Shown here: piece by piece, positions 9,073-22,100 of the stretch | Position numbering within the stretch: position 1 is the stretch's first letter | Layout of the letters: the number at the start of each line of letters is the position of its first letter | Assembly (NCBI GenBank): GCA_008632985.1 | Contig: QPGO01000178.1 | Span: 124,001 to 147,687, forward strand | Direction of reading: 5' to 3' | DNA: 23,687 nucleotides | From: Psammoneis japonica | Taxonomy: Eukaryota | Notes under the pieces: model-generated | Database searches by the model: none | What the model saw: only the letters and a program-made list of their open reading frames with translations | Told to the model about the DNA's origin: nothing | Program-made: the position numbers and the translations under genes

Positions 9073-12000
9073 TCAGTTGGAATGCAGGCTGGCATTTCGC
9101 CAAGGTTTTTGCGCGCACAGCGGGAAAGACAGTGCAAAGTAAAACACGCAATGGTGAAAATAAAATGCAATTGTCACTGTGATTAAGGCGAAAATGTGTG
9201 TCCAGCTGAATTGGATTTGCCAATCACCCTTGTACGTTCCGTCGGGAGGTGCGGTGCAAACGAGCGAGTCGAGCCGTTGCCACTCGCCGTCCACTAAAAT
9301 TTTATGGTGGATTTTTTTCTTGGACGGAACTCGGCACATGTTGGGTGCCGCTTGCATTTGGTTTGCAACGAACACAAGGAACTCCCACTTGCAATCACTG
9401 CCTCTTGCCCGACCACAGCCACACTGTTCGACATGTGATTTTTCCATGTGTGTCCGCTTGAGTTCGCGTGGCTCCGACATGACATCATCGAACTGGGTGC
9501 AGATCGTGAGTTCATTGCCATTGTCATTGTAGCAGGACGTCCTGCCACACGTAAGAAACCAGCATCCAGGACCGTGTGAAAGGTTCTCGGAGACGAATGC
9601 CTCCAGTGCATGAGCGGGATTTGCCAGTCCGAACAGGGAGAAGAGCCGGATGAGGTCCATTGCCGTGAGGTGGCCCAATCCTTTCAATGTGCGACTTTGT
9701 ACGATGGTTCAATGAACCTTGTCAGCTGTTTTGGGCACTGTCTGGTTCCCGAATGCAAGGTCCGTAGCAGCTCCTCTGTGCAATTTCCCATGGCCTCGAT
9801 GACAGGTTTGTCTGTGCAAGATTGGACCGCCGGTGGTTGCGACGCGTGGTGGCGGGGGTGGGCACATCTTGGACGGCATCTGTCCCCCTTGCGGCTTGTT
9901 GGTTGTGTCAGTGAGAGTGGCTCGCCAAAGGACAGGCAGTGCAATTCCGCCGCACACAACATGCACAAATTGCGTTTGACACGGATGGCCGCGAAGAAGG
10001 CACCGGGTTGTCCGTTGAAGCGGTTCTCCATGAAATTGTGCAGGACGGTGAGGATCAGCCACTGCCCCGGACATTCGCGTGCAACGAAAAGGCACAAAAA
10101 CACCAAGTCCTTGGCAACCACCACTGTGGTGATGCATTCCGTGGTGTCGAGCCATTGGAGGAAGTGCAGGATGACGTCGACCGTGCTGGAGCAGTTCAGC
10201 ATTTTAGCAATGCGCTCCAAAAGGAAGCACGTGTGTGCCATCGTTCGGCCGTCGTGCTCTGCAAATGTCTGTCTGTCGGCGCACCACTTGCTCAGCCGTT
10301 CCATCGTTGCTTGGGTTGGTCCTTTGTCATCGCAATCAAACAGGTTGACGTCTGACCAAGTTTCGTCTGTGAGGGCAGCAAGGAAGTCTGTGCAGACGCC
10401 GCTGGCCGCAATGGATCTTTCCAAGCTCATTGCTCTGGAGCAGATGACTTGTTTGCTGCAGAACATTGCGCCGAGGTTGATGATTTGGGATCACATGCCT
10501 GCGTTGAGGAGGGTCTTCTGTTGTGCCTTGCTGAAATGATTGGACATTTCCACTTTCAGATTGAGTCCCGTGGAATGACAGCACTTGTCCGTGGAAGAAT
10601 CCCCGGCATCAAGGTGCAACCCCGTTAAGTCCGTGACGTGGAATTGCGTGGCGTGGTGTTTCATGCCGGTGATGTCTTCCGCATTCATCTTCTGGCGGAG
10701 ATGTTTCAGCATGAACTCTCGGTGTGGGCAGTGCGGAAAATGTTGCGACTCGTCACCATGGAAGATTGCCGACACGACAAAATCGCGTGCCATGGATGAC
10801 AGTTCCGCCATCTCTCTCAAAAATTCCTTGCTGAGATGCTCTGTTTTTCCGCCGACACCGGGAAACATCACACCTTCATGCTTGCACATGACTTGTGCTT
10901 GCTGGTCACTTGTCCCGACATTCAGTGACATCAAATTCCATTCGCAGTCCTTTTTGGCTGACTTGCAAAATTCGTCAAGGTGCAGGCGGATGATGCGGAA
11001 CAGTTTGGCACCGATGGGTTTCAGCAAATCGTGATGATTTGTTGCTGCAGGTTGGAGTGGATCGTTGGACGGAAAATGGTTCTTGTCGTTGCGCAGTGGG
11101 ATTGCTTCCTGATCGCACTCCTCTTCTAGCTTGGGGATTTTTGCAACGGGTCCCACACCGTGGTGCGTGATGTTGAGAAGTTTGCTGAGCGTTAAATTCA
11201 AGGGAGCGCATTGGACAGCGCAGATCTTGTCGACGTGTTTTTTTCGGAGGAACTTCCAAGCGAGGCAGCCTCATTTGAAGTGAAGCATGGAAGTTGCTTT
11301 TTGCAACTTGGGAGCAAAATGGAAGAGACACCAGTCGCACATGTCGTCCATGGTGCATCGCATTTCGTCCAGGGCGGTTTGTCGGAGTTCCATCATGGAA
11401 TCCCGCCAAGTCTGGTTTTCCCGGCAAGCTTCGAAGCGACGTTTGTTGTGCTGCGATTTCTTGGATCGTTGTTCGAGTTTCCATTTCTTGCGATCCAACT
11501 CATCTTGCAATTTCTTCGGAAGCCTCAAATCATCTGAACAGTTTGACAGATCGTCGTTGCAATCCGTGATGTCACAATCTTCTTCTCGGGAATTGTCATC
11601 GTCTTCACTGTCCTTTGGATCCGGCGGCAGTGCGAAGTTGTAGACGTGCTGTTTGTCTGCGTTTGGTCGTGATTGCCTTTCATTGTGGCAGATGAGGCAT
11701 CGACGCTTCTTGTCCGTAAGATCCTGACGAGTCATGCATGTTGGACACATCCATTTGCGTGTGACAGGAAGTTTCGAAGTTTCCTTGGGGTGCGTCGCTT
11801 TGTTTGGAACAATCTTGGTGATGTCAATGCCTTGCTTTTTTAATGAAGCAATCGCAAGTTTTTTCTTGCGGCATTTTGTCTTCTTGCATTGGCGTCCTTT
11901 GTTGACACAACATTTGCGAGTTGTGTGTCAGTGCTTCTCTTTGGGAGGCAGCAAGGATGGGTCGAACTTGGGGACTGGAGGACCGATGCCGTCCACGGAA

Positions 12001-12269
12001 GGGTTCAAATGCCATCCGTTCGTGTGCAAGGCCAGAGTCATTGGCATGGATGGAATGGGCAACAACCTGTGGATCAGAGGACTCGTGCCGTCCATGGAGG
12101 GTTTGAAGTGCCACTCGTTTGTGTGCGAGGCCGGTGTCATTGGCACGGGCGGAATGTGCAACATGCTCTTCGGGAATGGTTGCGTCGTCGCACTCCGAGT
12201 GAATTGCGAAAGGTGAGGCAACGGCGGCCATTTTGGCGCAAGGGGACACGGTCAAGGTGGGACTGGCAT
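9073..12269 (-). pseudogene. ~1000-aa protein: Pro-rich N-terminus, RanBP2-like zinc finger, acidic tract, possible 2OG-Fe(II) (TET/JBP-like) HxD region, C-terminal HhH-like motif
   Basis: Track ORFs 12252-12461, 11928-12221, 11271-11750, 10491-11201 and 9684-10466 share one frame, broken only by single TGA codons (12252, 11928, 11271, 10491). A frameshift near 9750 and TGA 9709 lead to ORF 9073-9687. Motifs: WMCPTC-x12-CLIC, TGLHLDAGDS, LKGLGHLTAMDLI. The gene is well supported; the domain calls are tentative. Confidence 0.7.
11989..12156. repeat. 99-bp-period in-frame duplication
   Basis: ccgtccacggaagggttcaaatgccatccgttcgtgtgcaaggcc at 11989 versus ccgtccatggagggtttgaagtgccactcgtttgtgtgcgaggcc at 12088. 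Encodes PMTPASHTNEWHFKPSMDG / PMTLALHTNGWHLNPSVDG on the minus strand. Confidence 0.9.
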
Positions 12270-13171
12270 TAAATTGTTGAACTCTCCGGCTTTCATGCGG
12301 TGCCCGTGTGACGTGTTTGCTCCAATTGCACTGGCATGGCATGTTTGAAATTGGTTTTGTGTGACAGGTGGTGTCGGAGTTGCGTTGTGTGGTTCTGTCT
12401 GGTTTGGATTCGGAGGGTGCTTGGGGTTTGGCGAGAGTTTGTGCTGTTGATGTTTGGGCATGGCAGGGTCAATGCGGTCAAGGCAACGGTGTGTGGCACC
12501 TCAACAGTTCCAAGTCATTGGTGTTGGTGGCGGAGGGTGGTGGAGGACACAAGAGGGGCAACGGATGCACGTGCATGTGGCGTCTCATGGCGTGGCATGT
12601 TGTTGCGGCGGGAATGTTCTGCGCGACATTGTGAGAGATGATGTCATCACAATGTTCACATGTAAATTGTCCCATGTGCATTGCAAAAGTGGAAATGCTT
12701 CACACAAAGGAGGTTGCAAGAAAAGTTCAGCATTTGCCCTGACAATGAATTTGCCAATCAAATTCGTTTTTGATGACATGCGAAGGGTGCATTTAAGGAA
12801 AAGACAAAAACCGAATCACAACTGTTGGTGTCGATTGTTTGGAAACTTGCTTTGTGTACGTGCAGTTTTCACTGCAGTTGCAGCAATTGTTGGGGGCAAC
12901 AAGACCATCATCAGGGCTTCTCTCTGTGTCTTGCTGCAGAAAATTGCACTTCATGGCAGCTGCTGCAGCAACCACTGCACAGCACCGGTGCTGCAGTGCT
13001 GTGGTGCGGTGTCGCATGCATCCGCTGCAGTTTGCAGCACAGACCAGCAAGTGACAAGTGCCACCGAGACAACTGTTTTTGTTGGCGTCTTCGTGACAAG
13101 TCATTGCTGTCTGCATTGCAGTGTGGTGGTGGCACTGTGTTACAACAGGTGGTTTGCAGTGCAGTGCAACA

Positions 13172-14026
13172 ATGGTTCGTGCGAGTCGCAAAGGGACCAC
13201 ACAAGAACTTCAAGAACCACATCCAGTTGGCAAGAATCGCCAACAAGACAATGCTCCGGCAAAGGTCATGAGGGCTTGTGAGGCATCTCGCAAATGCTTT
13301 CACAGACACAGCAGGGGCCTGCCTTGATTGCGTTGCAAGAAAGGAATGGCATTGAAGCGATTAAAAAGGAAAGCATCTGAGCAAGCGCAACATGCCACAA
13401 GTGGTGCAGATGGCACAGAATGTGATTTGTTCGAAGACTTTCGAGTTGATTGCACGCATCCGGAAAAGGTAAAAAAACACGGAAGTCATTGTCAATGGAC
13501 CTCAATGTTGCCTGTGGAGGTTGATGGTGTGTCACAGAAGGTCACCGTGAAACGACATGACAAGAACGCCACGCACAAGTTGTCCATTCTGTCCAAGAAG
13601 GGTGTCATGGAAGATCACATCTTGGCAAAGTCCCTTCCTGTGAAGGACGTCATTGATGGTGACGCCCTTCACATGGTGGTTGCATTGCATTGTTTTGAAA
13701 AGGGCAGCACTGTGGGAGTGCACGTCGGAAAAGAACGGAGCGTGAACGCTTCTGAGTTGGAAAAAGCCTCGGTGCGTGTCCAAAAACGGCGCCGGCACTT
13801 TTTGAAACAGAAGGTGGTCGGAGATGTTGTGACAGGAATTGATGCCGTAGGAGGCGTTGCATCTGGACGTCCCTTGCACCTTGGAGTGCATCTTGTCAAC
13901 GACCCTGCTTTGTCTGGCGGGAAAGCGAGCAAAGCGAACTGTGAAGTAAAGACGGATGGCACCGTTGTCACTGCGAAAAGAGTCCATCCGGGACAAGAGT
14001 TGCTTTTCCATTGTGATTGGCAGTGA
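13172..14026 (+). pseudogene. SET-domain protein (putative lysine methyltransferase), mutated
   Basis: ATG 13172, in-frame TGA 13325. SET-like motifs VVAL..FEKGSTVGVHVG (F.KG..IG.Y.G), LHLGVHLVND..KANC, and VVTAKRVHPGQELLFHCD (A.K.I.PG.EL..DY), with the expected tyrosines read as H or C. Confidence 0.75.
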
Positions 14027-14029
14027 ACA

Positions 14030-14685
14030 TGTTTTAAATTAAAGTGTGGTTGCAACATCACACAGTGTGGCAATTGGCGCTCCCGCCCACAAAAAGGACA
14101 ACTTGGAGGTCCTTGAGAACTTCGCATCCAATGGCAGAGACAGCTTTGGTGGAAAGCATGAAGGCACACATGAGGCACAGCCACTTTGCAGTTGTCGTTG
14201 TCGTCCTTTTCAAAAGGCATTCTGCACAAGCAGCATTCTTTGCCAGCAGCTCCCATGGTTGTCGGAAGGTCGCTGAAGCGCCGATCTTCACAGACAATGC
14301 GTTTGATGCAATGAAGTTTGCTTGGATGAGTCTTCTTGCAAGGATCACATCGGTTGATGGGGGGGATTCTCCGGAGACGCCTTGGTTCCGAAGTGTCAAT
14401 TGGAGTGCGTTTGTTGCATGGAACCCAAGCATCTTCCTTGCAATCAACCCACCTTGTTTTTGTCCTCACGTTGTCTTTCCTGAATGCCTTGGGTCCTTGC
14501 AGTGCTTCAGCTTCGTGTTTGATTTTTGCATTTCCGTGTTCTGCCAGGATCATTTTTCTGATGGGAGGCCGTTGAGACTTGAACGAAGCATGTTTGGTGG
14601 CAGCCCAATGGACACGCTGCAGACGCGTTCCAGCCCCAGGTGGGAGCTCGTAGTGCTGACGTGTGACAACAATGATTTTTGTCAT
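14030..14685 (-). pseudogene. RING-H2 finger protein (putative E3 ligase), convergent with the SET gene
   Basis: CCLC-x19-CLHAFHQSCLCHW..SCPFC at about 14088-14235 fits C3H2C3 spacing. The track ORF's extension to 13669 is probably read-through antisense to the SET gene after loss of the stop codon. Start and end approximate. Confidence 0.75.
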
Positions 14686-15377
14686 AGTCGCATGTTTCGT
14701 ACGCAGATTTCCACGTGTGACATTTAAAAAAATTGTCCAGACTCGCTGTTTTGCGAAGCCCCAGACGTTTCACATGACAAATTTGTAGAAACAACAATGC
14801 GCTAGTTGCATTCTTCAATGTCTGAAGAATGTGACTGGCCAAGTAAAAAATGATGCACTTCAATCATGTGCAAGTTTGTGCGTTCGCAAAATTGCCTCAT
14901 TTTCTGTTGGCGATCATTGACATTTTAATTGCCGCACAATTTTGCTGCGGAGCTCGCACGCAGAAGTCTGCAGGCCCAATGTCACACGGATTCCCACCTG
15001 CATCTGGAACGCGTCTGCATCTCTGCCTTTCGTTTCTTTTGTTGTTCTTTTTTTTTAAGCCGTTCCTGCTGCATGATGTCAGAACACGGAGTGGAACTTG
15101 ACTCCCCGTCAGTTGTTGTCGTTTCACGACGTTGTGACGATGCTGTCATGTTGATGTGTCACAAGAAAGTGCAGCAGTCAGTGAGAGGTTTTAGGGTTGG
15201 TGGCACTGTCATCCGTTCTTGTGCTTCCTGTCAGTGCGCTGCCATTGTGGAGTTGTGTCCGTCAAATGAGTTGGGGTGTCGTGAATGGGTGCACGTCCAT
15301 TTTGTGCGGTTCATCAGTCTTCGTCTGGGAGTCATCCGGCGGCAAAATGATGCTGGCAAGGAGTGCGCGAACAGGCG

Positions 15378-15655
15378 CTGTGACTGCATCACTGGAGGAC
15401 AACTGCAGCCATTGTCCAATTGGCTTCATGTGAGTTTTACATCCGAGTGTGGTGCAATCAAACTTGGATTGTGTGCCATTGTCACCATGAGGAGAGCCCG
15501 CTCTCTGCCAGTGCCACAGCGCTGTAGAGAGTGGGCACTGTGACTGTGCGTGCAGCATCACTGGAGCACAACAATTGCAGCCGTCACACTGTTGGCTTCA
15601 CATTGGTTTTAGCCATCCAGAGGGCTGACTCAAATTGGTTTGTGCTGTGTCGTCA
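15378..15655. repeat. Degenerate direct duplication, about 169-bp period
   Basis: gcatcactggag..tgcagcc..ttggcttca..gtttta..catcc..tcaaa..ttgg occurs from 15386 and again from 15555. Confidence 0.7.
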
Positions 15656-16142
15656 ACTGGCCAGCACTGCTTTGCTGCACTTGCAGTGCTGCATGTTTCT
15701 GATGTGAACGCTTCCAACTTGGCCGTTATTTTGCGTGCTTCATTTGTTCAAAGTGCACCGTTGTGATCTTCAATGCCGTCATAGGATCATTGTTGCGTAA
15801 GCCACAATGTGGCACATGTCAGCTCAGTGCTGCAATGCAATTTACAATGTTCAACACAAACAATTCTTGTGCTGTTTTTGTCTCTTCCTTAAATGCACCC
15901 TTCTCGCATCATCAAAAACGATTTTGATTGGCCGGTTCATTTGTTAAAATGTCTGTCGGGACGGCACTGTGCCAAGACAATCGAATCAACAAAGTTTGTT
16001 CATAGCACGCATGTCTAAATGTCTCGAGTTGTGCTTTGACAACTTGGTGAATTTGCCAAATTATGGAGGGTGTCATTCAGTGCTGTGTTGTGGTTGTGTG
16101 TCGAGCTGCACAACATTGTTTCACGCATCGTCCACAATGTTG

Positions 16143-19100
16143 TCAATTGCTCTGTTCTGTCAATTGTCTGCAACGATGGCAAGCTTTGTTCATGTCCCAA
16201 CTGTCCTTTTTCCAGTTGTGGTCTTTCGATTGACTGAAGCCAGCAAAAAATGCTTCTGCAGATGTGTCAGGCTTCAGATCTGACACACGCTGAATGGATT
16301 CCCATTTTTGCATTTCAAAGCAACCTGTCAAAAGCAATTGCCTGTTTTCTGGCAATTTAACTCTGCTGCTTCCCACATGCAGTTTGGCACAAGTGCAGTT
16401 GGCGACTTGTCGATGTGACATTGCGAGTGTCTCATGGTCCAAAGTCTGTCCCTTGGCTTTGTTCGCGGTCACGGCGAATCCCATCTCTAAAGGAAATCAA
16501 GGCGCAACGATGCATTGCGATGGAAGACATCCTGGTCCACCCGGAATCGGAACGGGTTTCGGTTCCTTGGTTCGCATTGGAGAAACCGGCATCACCACCT
16601 CCCTTTTTACGATGGATTTGTCTCTCAGCAATCGCAATGTTTCACTGTCAAAATCTTCGGGATCCAGTTTGATGTTTGCCATGATGGGTGGCTCGGACAG
16701 TGTGACGACGGTGCCAGCCGCACCATTCTGCTCAGTGTAAAAGTCGACGAGGTCCACGTCATGTGGATTGCCGATCGTCAAAGAATGGCACTTGAACTTT
16801 CTCCCGTTTGCCATCTTGAGATGTGCGTCAATCTTGCTGGCAATGCACCCGGGACCACCAGCAACAAAGTGCTCATGGAATGCCATGTCCTCCATGGCCT
16901 GTGCTTCACAAGCCTGGGCAGGTTTCTGTTCCCATTTTGTTGGTTTGGCAGCCAACCATCGAAAGACAACGGCACCTGTGTGCCTTGCAAATCAAACCGC
17001 TGCCTCGTGGTTCAACGTGTGACGTTCATGATTGGCAATGACAATTGTCGGAGCCGTCAACCATGGACTGTTTGGCTTTGCAAAATCGTCTTCCAAGAGC
17101 AATGGAATCGATTTGCAGCAATCAGGATCAATCCGTTCATGATGATGGAATTTGGACAACAGCTCCGTGTGACGTGGATCCTCACAGCGCAGTTGTTGTT
17201 CGAATTCGATCCATTTGACCGATGCGAATGTCTCACACCCAACGCGACATGGAGAACCTTCTTGCAATCGTGCCTTCTGCTCTTTGGTCCACTTCTTCGC
17301 TCTTTTGTTGCTGCGAACCTTGCCCGCTCTCTTCCATTTGTTCCTGTTGCCCGTGGAGAGGAGTGTTCACCCGGATGTTTCCAACATTTCTGCATCTCGA
17401 ACCCAATTCTGTCTTTCCCTTTCCATTTCTTGATGGTGTTTGTAAGCCGCCACTTCCATTGAGGCACTGGTTGACGAAGGTCCAGCCACAATCGGTCCAT
17501 TTTGGTCCAGATCCCCAGCAAATGAGACAGGAATGCCTCCAAAAGGCGTGCCGATGTTTCCAGTGAATTGCTGCAAAGTCCAGCTCAATTGTGCAAGATG
17601 CCACAGAGCCTGATTTCCGACTTCGTCTACAAAGAGCAATGTTGGATCCTTCAACAACGACTTCAATTCGTTCAATTGATTTGCGGTGAGATCAACCAAC
17701 TCTTTCATTCTCATTGCCGTGTTTTGGCCCAGAAAGATCAAACAAGCTGTTGACGGTCCGCCGATGTCAATCGCGTTTGTCCCATTGAAAGCCGTCCAAG
17801 GAATGTTCCTGGATTCAAGAATGGACAGATCAACAGCATTTTTGAGACAAAGGCTTTTGCCTGTGCCTGCCGCACCGTGCACCAACACCATTGCCGGCAC
17901 ACTGTTGTCGGGATCTTCAGGTGCTTTTGCGCATGCCGAATGAAGGTTGAACACTTCCCAGTGTGCAGGCGCAAACAATTCCTCTCGGCTTTTCATCGTC
18001 TTCTTTGTCGCTTCGTGCTCCGTGTTCCGCTTTCCAGGCATTGTGCCAAGGCCACCTTCAGTCGATGGGTGTTTGACAGAAGTGTTTGTGTTGTTGTCCG
18101 GCTTGCAATCTCTTGTGTCTTTGCTCATTTTCTGACACCATTTGATTGAGTCGTCTGCGGTGTCATTGTGAAACACCAGTGACTTGTTCCAGCTGTTGTG
18201 GTGCATGGGAACAAGTCAGGCGTTGTGGTTGCCACGCCAAGGGTTCGTGGTGTGACACACAGACACCATGTTGCGTCCGTCTTCCAATGCTTGCAGGATG
18301 CTCTGGTGACTCTTCTCTGACAGCTTGCGATTGACGGTTTCGAACACCATCTCATCAGTTTCGTTTTGCTCTCGGTTTTTTAAACATTGTTCGATTGCAA
18401 AATCCGTGGACCATCGTTGCTTTTGTTCTTCGGCCCAAAGCATCCGATTGCGTCCACGACACTGAGCCAGCATCCACTCATTTAAAAAGCTCATGTGAAG
18501 CCCTTGCATTCCAGTGTGCATGGCAAAGAGTCTCATTTTAGACACGACAGACTGGTCGGTTCGCAGTTCTTCCATCCATTTCGCTGATGCAGCCCAATCA
18601 TGTTCACAACGGTTCACGTGAGATGACTCATGGCATTCCGTTTCTGGACGGCACTCACACAAATGGAATCATGCAAACTTGTTGGCTTTTGCTTTCCACT
18701 GGCGGCATTGCATGCTGGTGCGAAGTTCATCACACGGTTCCTTGCCCGGATGGGGGGGGATGTTTTTCTGTCAAGATGACCATCTTCTGCTTCTTGTCCA
18801 GCACTTGAGCACACTGACTTGCGACAGGAAAACTCGGCGCAAAGGCAAAATTTTCGTCTGTGGTCCTCCCTTCTCCTTGACGGACACGAACGCTTTGCAC
18901 TTGTTGCGGTTCAACATGCGCAGCTCTGTGCCACGATTCCCGCAAAACGCAGCTTTCGGAATCAGATGTTTTGTTTCCAAAGTGTCGCCATTGGGTGGCT
19001 TCTCTTTCAACGTGAACAAACGGACGGTGCCCAGATTTGCCTGCATCAAATCGTCTTCATTGCACTGATCCGCGTCATCTTCCTTTTTGTCTTCCGCATC

Positions 19101-22100
19101 TTCTGCCGATTCCTTCTTGTCTCCTTCTGTCTCATCTTCTTCATCACTGTCTTCACACCCGTCGCACGAATCGTCAATGAACATGCTGTCTTCCAAGTCG
19201 CGTCTCTCTCTTTGTTCCAACAGCCGTTCAAACAGTCATTCCATGCGCTGTTTGCCATCTTCCTCCATTTGGATTAGAGTGCTGTGAGCCCGGTCGCAAG
19301 CCGGATTGCTGCAAACAAATTTCTCCAAAGCAATGATGCTCGGCAGACCCAGCAAGTCGGCACACATCTGGCAATCGGACAACTCCATTTGCAAGTTCAT
19401 CTTGTTCATCACACGTTGGAGGACTTGTTTCACACTGCGTCCGGAGGTTCCTGCATTGTCTGCCTTGCTGGCACACTGCTTGGCATGACTGATGGCTTCT
19501 CGAAACAACACTGCGCAATGTTGCAAGGGATGCTTGCATTTGCCCATGCACAGGCATGTGTAGAAGATGGCTCCTTTCGCTTGTCCAGTGCTTCCCAACA
19601 ACTGACAGTTGTCATGAGAGCCGGTGCAGCAGGAGATGACGACATTGAACATGGAAACATTGCCATTGCCCTCCTTTGCAAAGTCGAGGAGTTCCAAACA
19701 AAATTCAGTCAGCTTCTCCTCCATCAGTTTGTCGAGAGCCATCCACAAAGATTCACGATTACGACACGTGTCCGAGACGCCATCTCGCAACGATGCCAGC
19801 ATTTCATCTTTGGACATTTCTCCACCATTCAACCGACACTCAATGTCATCCAATTGCACACGCGGTCTTTTTGTCTCCCACACTGTCACAGAATCTTCCA
19901 TCTTTCTTTCCAAAATGTCGATGGTCTCGTGCCGTTCTGGTTCGTCGTTCCATTCCATCTCTTCTGCATCACACAGATTGCAGTCTTCCTTTTCTTCTTT
20001 TTGCACCACACCTGCTGTTTGACTTTCCTCAGCCCGACTGCCATCGTCTTCTTCTCTTTCAAGCACCTCTTTCTTTGGCACCAAACGCACTGCTCCCAGT
20101 CTCTTCTACAAGGCCGGCTGGTTGGGACAAGCGACACCACTGCTGCCCATTGCACCTTGTGGCAAGTCAGCATGTGATCGTGCATTTGTTGTTGGCCTCC
20201 TTGCCCAGAAGTTTTTTCTTGCACTCGTTCATGCTGCACGTGTCCTTCTGGTTCCATCACTTCTAACAGATGCAATCTTTCTGGCAACGGATTTCGATTC
20301 ACCCGGTCCAAGACATTCTTTGGAAACCGCAATCGTCTCTCTTCTTTTCGACAATGGCTGGCATGCCACCAATCGAAAAGCACTGGCCTCGGCAAAGAGG
20401 ATTGATGCATTCGATCCAGTGTCTCTGACAACGCTTTGCAAACTTCCTTCAAATGCGCAAAATGCTGCATTGCATGTGAAACAACAGGTGGCAATGCAGA
20501 GTTCCTTTTTTGTGATCTTCCACAACAGCAATGTGCCCAAGACAATGGCCAAAAATGCCCTTGTTTGTGATTTAAAAATGTCAAGTCTTTCGACGTGACT
20601 CACTCATGTGTCGAGAAAAGAAGTTGTCCAGCGGCATTCCCAAAAGCAATGCACAGACATCGTTGATCAACGACTGACTCTCTGCCACAAACGCGACGGG
20701 GTCTTCAATTCCTTTAGAGGCACTGTCCTGTCTGGACAAACCAGGCAAATCGATGACTCCTGCGCCAACTTCCGCAGATGCACATCTCATGTTCTCCATG
20801 AACTCTTCTCCACCACGACCGCACCCCGAACTCTCATCAAAGACCACCCAGAAATGTCTTGTTGTTGACAGTTCGGAAAGTCGTCCGAATGGCATGAGGA
20901 TTCCCACAGTCGTCAAATGACAATGTCATGAAACAAGACGGAAGGCCCATTCTTTTTGACATTTCAAGAGTCATCGATGTCAACTTGCTGGATTCATTGC
21001 AGCCATGTGACGTGTCCTTTCCCATGGGTCGAAGATGTCCCAGATGTTTCTGCTGAAAGTCTTTTGCTGCTTTTCCACCCGGATTTGCCACCACTTCATC
21101 AAGCTTCTTCAATTCGGTTTCGTCTCTGAGCAGGCTTCTGATCATTGCAGCAGACTGTTTGCTGTTTCGGACGTGAGAATTCACTTGAAAAATTGCTTCG
21201 AACCGTTTCTTGCTGTCGAAACAGCAAGCCAACAACCTCCTGTCCAACGAAGGCACTCAAGTGAACTGTCGCAAAAGATGGTTTCGTTCAATGTAGTTCA
21301 GTTTTCCCAGTGCTTTGTCGCACATGCGTCCAAACATGAACCCGTTGGGGAATGTGGTCGCCACCTCAAAATCACTTGCAGCAAATTCATTGATCGGATC
21401 ACTCTCCCGGCAGCTGTCACACATTCCATCTCTCTCGGTGGGAAGCGACGGCATTGACATGTCATCGTAATCATCGCATGGTTTTATGTCATCCAAAGGA
21501 GAGTGGTCTTCCACGGCATCATTGTCTTTGTCACTTTCCAACATGACATCCTCCTTTTCACTGTCATGAACGTTTGCAGGGTCAGGCTTGCAATCTGAAT
21601 CTGCCAAACACTTTCCGTCTGCATCCTCGCCCTCTTTCCTGCTTGACGATTCCGACTCTGATGCGGAACTTCTGGAATCGTTGTTGCCGCTGCTGCCGAC
21701 AGACCAATCAGAATCATCAGAATGTTCCCCATCGCTTTTAGCACTCACGTTCTCTTCTGCTTTTTGTCCCTTGTGCCGACATGCTGACTGTTTAAAAGAT
21801 CGAAGACAAGCCATTCTCATTGTGATTTCATCTTGATGAGTTGATCCCGCACTGTCCACAATGCAGAAAAATCTCATGCTGTCACTGGGTTTTTGTGTCT
21901 CCACTTCGTCCCGTTCTTCTTCATCGGCATTGTCAGTGTTCAAAATTTCTTCCGATTGTGCTTTTGCAACATCAGAGCCGATGGCATCTTCATCTTGTAA
22001 AATGGCTTTGTCCTTCACGCGACAAGCTGAATCTTTTGTGTGCTGCACAGCGATGCCTGCATTGTGCTGCACTTTGGCACAAGAAACGCCAATGGAGCAA

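Noticed and set aside
9610..10539. Long plus-strand ORFs such as 9610-10539, 3509-4258, 7118-7849, 12454-13281, 16515-17462 and 19284-20177
   Set aside because: They are antisense or intergenic shadows, open because TAA/TAG are depleted, and show no recognisable motifs.
14897..15560. Small basic gene or upstream exon of the RING protein (MTASSQRRE..QERLKKKEQQKKRK, minus strand)
   Set aside because: Protein-like but short and interrupted, with no motif or splice evidence I can support.
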